Source: Polynucleobacter necessarius
GTDB lineage: Bacteria > Pseudomonadota > Gammaproteobacteria > Burkholderiales > Burkholderiaceae
Reading direction: 5' to 3'
Length of the DNA: 32,000 nucleotides
NCBI RefSeq assembly: GCF_900095195.1
Contig: NZ_LT606950.1
Location: 757,207-789,206 of the forward strand
In this document: in pieces, positions 27,898 through 32,000 of the stretch
How positions within the stretch are numbered: position 1 is the stretch's first letter
Layout of the letters: each line of letters begins with the position of its first letter
Notes under the pieces: model-generated
Told to the model about the DNA's origin: nothing
Seen by the model: the letters and a program-made list of their open reading frames with translations, nothing else
Database searches by the model: none
Translations under genes and position numbers: made by a program

Positions 27898-28409
27898 CTA
27901 GATTCCTATTGTTAATTTAGGAGTAATGGTTGGAATAACCGGTGACACTTTTAGCATTGCATCACTTAACTGCTTTGCCCAATCGGCTGGCAACCAACCT
28001 TTAATTAATCCAGTGGCGATATCAACAGCCGGTCTGGTAATTGCATTTTTCCAAGCCATACTTTGCGGAATTGGCGTTAAGGCGGCAAGGGTTGCCAACC
28101 CTACCACAATGAGTCCACCACGCAATAAACCGTTAAGCCTGCTGACAAAATAATCTTTTGCACCACACCACCAAATAATCCGCAGAGGACAAGTGTTAGG
28201 ACAAACAATATGAGCCAACTTAATCCGAGACTGAGTAACTCATCCAAATGAAATGTCGATAACCTTTCAGTAGAAAGGTAGTTGCTGTAGTAATATGCCA
28301 CCTATGCAGCAACAAACCAAGCAGCGAGTGCAAGCACTTCTTTGAATAAGCCGCGAGAGATTCCGACCAGCGCAGATATCAACAGCACTACTAGGGTGAA
28401 GTAATCCAC
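27898..28409 (-). pseudogene. cvpA: CvpA-family membrane protein pseudogene
   Basis: (GTG at 28409) DYFTLVVLLISALVGISRGLFKEVLALAAWFVAA*VAYYYSNYL... has an in-frame TAG at 28304-28302. After a frameshift near 28130-28150 it reads ...LNGLLRGGLIVVGLATLAALTPIPQSMAWKNAITRPAV... It holds the conserved position between dedD and purF. Confidence 0.75.
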
Positions 28410-28440
28410 CGATGTTAACTTTAAGGTGGATAATATTCCA

Positions 28441-29274
28441 TTACTGCTTACCTGTCTCGACGAGTCGTGGCGTTAGACCCATTGCCTTAATTTTTTTCTC
28501 GGCAGCTTCTGCAGCATCTTTATCCGTATAGGGGCCTGCGCGCACTAAAAAGATCTTATTACCGTCGGCCCCTACTTTATTCAATACGTAGCTGGGTATT
28601 TTCTGATTCTTCAGTCTCGCTACCAATCCATTGACATTGCTCTCGGATGCAAATGCGCCAATCTGAATGACGAACTTTCCAGACCCGTTTGAACTAGCGC
28701 CATTAGTAGCGGCTTTGCTAGCATCATCCGCTTTGGGTTTTGCATTCGTTGCAGCGACCACCTCTTCTCCCGCAGCCAGCCCTAACGCAGGAGCTTTGCT
28801 TGGGGTTGGCGTGCTAGATGCAGATTTTGTTTCTGGTTTTGAGTCAACCTTAGCGTCAGCAGTTTGGGTTGGTGCTGGCGTGGGGGCTGGAGCACTCAGT
28901 TTTGGAGTGTCCGCTTCCGCTTTAACCTTTTCGTCAGACTTTGTATCGACCTTGGTGTCAGGCTTAGCCTCTGTTCCAGGGATAGGCAAACTGGTCACAA
29001 TATTGACCGCAATGTCATTTGGTGCGGTTTTAGGCCTGCTATCCAAAATTCGGGGTAGCGCCACAACTGCAATCAAAACCAGTACCGCGCCACCAATGAG
29101 ACGGTGGCGAGCACGTTGCTGTTCTGGATCTTCGGTAAGCGCGAGTTCTTCTGCTTCGGCAGCACGCTGGAAGGCGCGCGGAGCAGCCCGTTTGGTGGAG
29201 CGACGCCCTACTGAACCCAATTCAAGGCCATCAGCCGGGTTTTTTCGCTTAAAAAAGCTCGGTAAACGAATCAT
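28441..29274 (-). CDS. dedD: SPOR-domain cell-division protein (DedD-like)
   Basis: 277-aa ORF with an N-terminal TM segment (LIGGAVLVLIAVVALP), a long Ala/Pro/Lys/Thr-rich low-complexity linker and a C-terminal SPOR domain (GKFVIQIGAFASESNVNGLVARLKNQKIPSYV...FLVRAGPYTDKDAAEAAEKKIKAMGL). Confidence 0.8.
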   Translation of the reverse strand: MIRLPSFFKRKNPADGLELGSVGRRSTKRAAPRAFQRAAEAEELALTEDPEQQRARHRLIGGAVLVLIAVVALPRILDSRPKTAPNDIAVNIVTSLPIPGTEAKPDTKVDTKSDEKVKAEADTPKLSAPAPTPAPTQTADAKVDSKPETKSASSTPTPSKAPALGLAAGEEVVAATNAKPKADDASKAATNGASSNGSGKFVIQIGAFASESNVNGLVARLKNQKIPSYVLNKVGADGNKIFLVRAGPYTDKDAAEAAEKKIKAMGLTPRLVETGKQ

Positions 29275-29277
29275 AGA

Positions 29278-30603
29278 TCAATGCGCCTGGTTGTTTCGAT
29301 AAGCCATTACGCCTGCAACTGTATAGAAGGATCCGAAGATCACAATTCTATCACCCTCACCAGCCGCAGAAAGGGCTTTTTGATACGCTAAAGCGATATT
29401 TTCGAAGATTTCGATGCCTCCATCAGACCCATTTTTGGGCTTGACCCCCATGCCCTCAAGCTTCTGCGCCAAGAACTGGGCCGAAGCCGCTCTTGGGGTC
29501 GGCAAATCGGTGCAAAACCAAAAATCCACAATATCCAACAGCGGCTGAATAACCCCCTCTAAGTCCTTATCAGCCATCGCTCCAAAAATGGCATAGGTAT
29601 AAGGGTGATAACCCATTTTGTCTAGACTTTGGCCTAGGGTTGCTGTCGCATGGGGATTATGGGCAACATCTAGAACGATCGTAGGCTGACCTGGCAATAC
29701 CTGAAAGCGCCCAGGCAATTCCACCAGGGCAAAACCATTCCGAATATCCTGTGCGCTGACTGGTAAACGCTGATGCATTACCATTAATGCGGCAATGACC
29801 GCAGAGGCATTAAGGATCTGATTAGCACCACGCAGCGCAGGGTATCCAAGACCGCTGAAACGCTTGCCCCTGCCTGCCCATCCCCACTGTTGCTTATCCC
29901 CCTGAAAGTTATAGTCACGCCCTTGCAACCACAGATCACAGCCTAACTTGGCTGCGTAATCAATCAGCGTTTGCGGTGGTACAGGGTCACCACAGACAGC
30001 AATATGACCAGGGCGGAAGATGCCTGCTTTTTCCAAGGCAATCGCTTCGCGGGTTCCGCCTAGGAACTCAGCATGGTCGATATCGATGCTGGTGACAATA
30101 GCGCAATCCGCATCAACGATATTCACGGCATCTAAACGGCCACCCATACCGACCTCAAGGATGACTGCATCGAGACTCGCCTTCGAAAACAAATGCAGGA
30201 TCGCTAGGGTGGTGAACTCAAAGTACGTCAATGTTGGTGCATCAACCAAACTCACACGCGCCTTTTCCACGGCAGCAAAGTGCTCTAACAGCAAGGCATC
30301 GCTAACATCCTCGCTGTTAATGCGAGCGCGTTCATTAAACGACAACAAATGCGGTGAGGTGTGGCAACCCACTCGGTAACCTGAAGCGCGCAAGATACTC
30401 TCGAGATAGGCGCAAGTAGAACCTTTACCATTTGTTCCCGCAACCGTTATCACAGGACATTCAAAATGAAGATCTAGGGCAGCCTTGACGCGATTGATGC
30501 GCTCTAACCCCATATCGATTCCGACGGGATGCGCAGTTTCGAGGTGGCTAAGCCAAGCCTCTAAACTGGTAAATAAATTTGGGGGTTGGTGTGCAGTACT
30601 CAA
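29278..30603 (-). CDS. folC: Bifunctional folylpolyglutamate synthase / dihydrofolate synthase
   Basis: It reads ...LEAWLSHLETAHPVGIDMGLERINRVKAAL...ITVAGTNGKGSTCAYLESIL...HTSPHLLSFNERARIN... The track ORF begins inside accD. The likely start is the TTG at 30603, just after the accD stop, but this is uncertain. Confidence 0.87.
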   Translation of the reverse strand: MSTAHQPPNLFTSLEAWLSHLETAHPVGIDMGLERINRVKAALDLHFECPVITVAGTNGKGSTCAYLESILRASGYRVGCHTSPHLLSFNERARINSEDVSDALLLEHFAAVEKARVSLVDAPTLTYFEFTTLAILHLFSKASLDAVILEVGMGGRLDAVNIVDADCAIVTSIDIDHAEFLGGTREAIALEKAGIFRPGHIAVCGDPVPPQTLIDYAAKLGCDLWLQGRDYNFQGDKQQWGWAGRGKRFSGLGYPALRGANQILNASAVIAALMVMHQRLPVSAQDIRNGFALVELPGRFQVLPGQPTIVLDVAHNPHATATLGQSLDKMGYHPYTYAIFGAMADKDLEGVIQPLLDIVDFWFCTDLPTPRAASAQFLAQKLEGMGVKPKNGSDGGIEIFENIALAYQKALSAAGEGDRIVIFGSFYTVAGVMAYRNNQAH

Positions 30604-30607
30604 GCGC

Positions 30608-31495
30608 TTAAACGGCTGCGCTACCTGCAACGGCAGGTTCAGGTAATTTTTGCAACAACGCCAATAGACGAGCAATCTCGCCGCGCATTTGGCGACGATC
30701 GACAATCATGTCAATGCCACCCTTTTGCAATAAGAATTCAGAACGCTGAAAACCTTCAGGCAATTTCTCACGAACTGTTTGCTCGATCACGCGTGGACCA
30801 GCAAAACCGATTAAGGCTTTGGGTTCAGCCATAACGACATCGCCCATGAATGCAAAACTGGCAGAAATACCGCCCATGGTTGGGTCCGTCAATACGCTGA
30901 TGTATGGCAAGCCTTTTTTAGACAAGAGGGTCAGCATCGAGTTGGTCTTGGCCATCTGAAATAAGGACAGCAAACTCTCTTGCATGCGTGCACCACCAGT
31001 GGCCGTGACACAAATGAATGCACACTTCTTATTGATTGCCTCTTGCGCTGCTCGTGCGAAGCGCTCACCTACTACAGAACCCATTGATCCACCCATGTAT
31101 TGAAATTCAAAACACGCGGCAACTACTGGAATATTTTCAATTTTTCCACCCATAACGATGAGAGCTTCAGTCTCACCGGAAGCATCATTGGCTTCCTTAA
31201 TACGATCAGGGTACTTTTTTGAGTCTTTAAATTTCAGCGGATCTGTCGGATAAATCTCTGCGCCGATTTCGTAACGGCCTTTGGGATCTAACAAACTTTC
31301 TAAACGTTGGCGCGCGCCGATACGCATGTGGTGACTGCATTTTGGGCAGACCGAAAGGTTTGCTTCGATATCAGTGCTGTAGAGAACAGTTTCACAACCA
31401 GGGCATTTAACCCATAATCCTTCAGGAACCGATTTACGATTCGCAGGATCCGTATGTTGAATTTGGGGAGGGAGTAATTTATCAATCCAGCTCAT
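30608..31495 (-). CDS. accD: Acetyl-CoA carboxylase carboxyltransferase beta subunit
   Basis: 295-aa ORF with an N-terminal Zn-ribbon (CPGCETVLY...CPKCSHHMR) followed by ...[18 protein letters not shown]... Confidence 0.95.
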   Translation of the reverse strand: MSWIDKLLPPQIQHTDPANRKSVPEGLWVKCPGCETVLYSTDIEANLSVCPKCSHHMRIGARQRLESLLDPKGRYEIGAEIYPTDPLKFKDSKKYPDRIKEANDASGETEALIVMGGKIENIPVVAACFEFQYMGGSMGSVVGERFARAAQEAINKKCAFICVTATGGARMQESLLSLFQMAKTNSMLTLLSKKGLPYISVLTDPTMGGISASFAFMGDVVMAEPKALIGFAGPRVIEQTVREKLPEGFQRSEFLLQKGGIDMIVDRRQMRGEIARLLALLQKLPEPAVAGSAAV

Positions 31496-31501
31496 TAGTT
31501 T

Positions 31502-32000
31502 TTAGCTATCCAATGCGTCACGAATCTCACGAATGAAGGTTTCTAGTGATTGTACTGCCTGCCCTGGGGGCGCATCCTCTAAAAGGCGAATAATTCGGCT
31601 ACCAATAACGACCGCATCAGCACTGTTTGAAACCGCTTTTGCGCTCGCAGCATCGCTAATCCCGAAGCCCACAGCAATCGGAATATCCGTTTCCTCACGA
31701 ATTTTTGGGATGATGCTAGCCACGTCCTGGGTATTGAGGTGCGATGCCCCAGTCACCCCGCGCATCGATACGTAGTAAATGTAGCCAGAAGCGATCTTGG
31801 CCGCCTCTTTAATCCGCCCGTGGGACAAAGTCGGCGCCAACAAGAAGATGGGGTCGATGCCGGCAACACGCATACGCGCTGCAAAATCAACGCATTCTTC
31901 TGGCGGATAGTCCACTACCAGCACACCATCAACACCAGCCGCTTTAGCTTCAGTTGCGAAACGTTCAGCACCCATTTGCTCGACGGGATTAGCGTACCCC
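31502..32000 (-). CDS. trpA: Tryptophan synthase alpha chain (partial; 5' end lies beyond the window)
   Basis: The C-terminal ~165 codons read ...[15 protein letters not shown]...[11 protein letters not shown]...PIAVGFGIS... The frame stays open to the window edge. Confidence 0.9.
   Translation of the reverse strand, partial: GYANPVEQMGAERFATEAKAAGVDGVLVVDYPPEECVDFAARMRVAGIDPIFLLAPTLSHGRIKEAAKIASGYIYYVSMRGVTGASHLNTQDVASIIPKIREETDIPIAVGFGISDAASAKAVSNSADAVVIGSRIIRLLEDAPPGQAVQSLETFIREIRDALDS

Noticed and set aside
28667-29302. A 211-aa + strand ORF rich in Ala, Ser and Gly.
   Set aside because: It is the antisense shadow of the low-complexity linker of the SPOR/DedD-like gene. The - strand frame has a clear TM segment and SPOR domain. 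The + frame has no recognisable features.
1-32000. CRISPR arrays, tandem repeat arrays, rRNA genes, prophage or defence-system genes.
   Set aside because: None were seen. No spacer-repeat periodicity is visible, and no ORF shows nuclease, helicase or methylase defence-like motifs. The only methyltransferase is a small-molecule-type class I enzyme, and it is frameshifted.

Overview
This is a chromosomal segment with Burkholderiales-type (Betaproteobacteria) gene order and, by eye, mid-40s %GC. The left end carries pheT-pheS-rplT-rpmI-infC-thrS-tRNA-Val(GAC), all intact on the - strand. The right end carries trpA-accD-folC-dedD-cvpA-purF-metZ on the - strand. The middle holds metabolic and accessory genes. 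The dominant property is gene decay: about 15 of ~37 recognisable genes are pseudogenes with frameshifts, in-frame stops or internal deletions. I saw no IS element, transposase, integrase, phage gene or CRISPR array. Two rearrangements explain otherwise puzzling ORF fragments. (1) A ~10.5 kb inversion (about 6888-17407) has its endpoints inside relA and gcdH, so each gene survives as two oppositely oriented pieces. Flipping the interval restores both reading frames across a 4-bp ACCG/CGGT microhomology. (2) Nested inside it, a ~172 bp in-place inversion (about 10499-10670) disrupts a COG3146/DUF482 acyltransferase-like gene and is bounded by GGTA/TACC. An apparently intact soxY-soxZ cluster, with three YeeE/YedE-type permease genes (one decayed) and a DUF442 gene, lies next to an intact selU. 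The overall pattern fits a recently host-restricted lineage. My guess is a Polynucleobacter-like symbiont, but that is inference only. All homology calls come from reading the translations from memory of the protein families; no database search was run.
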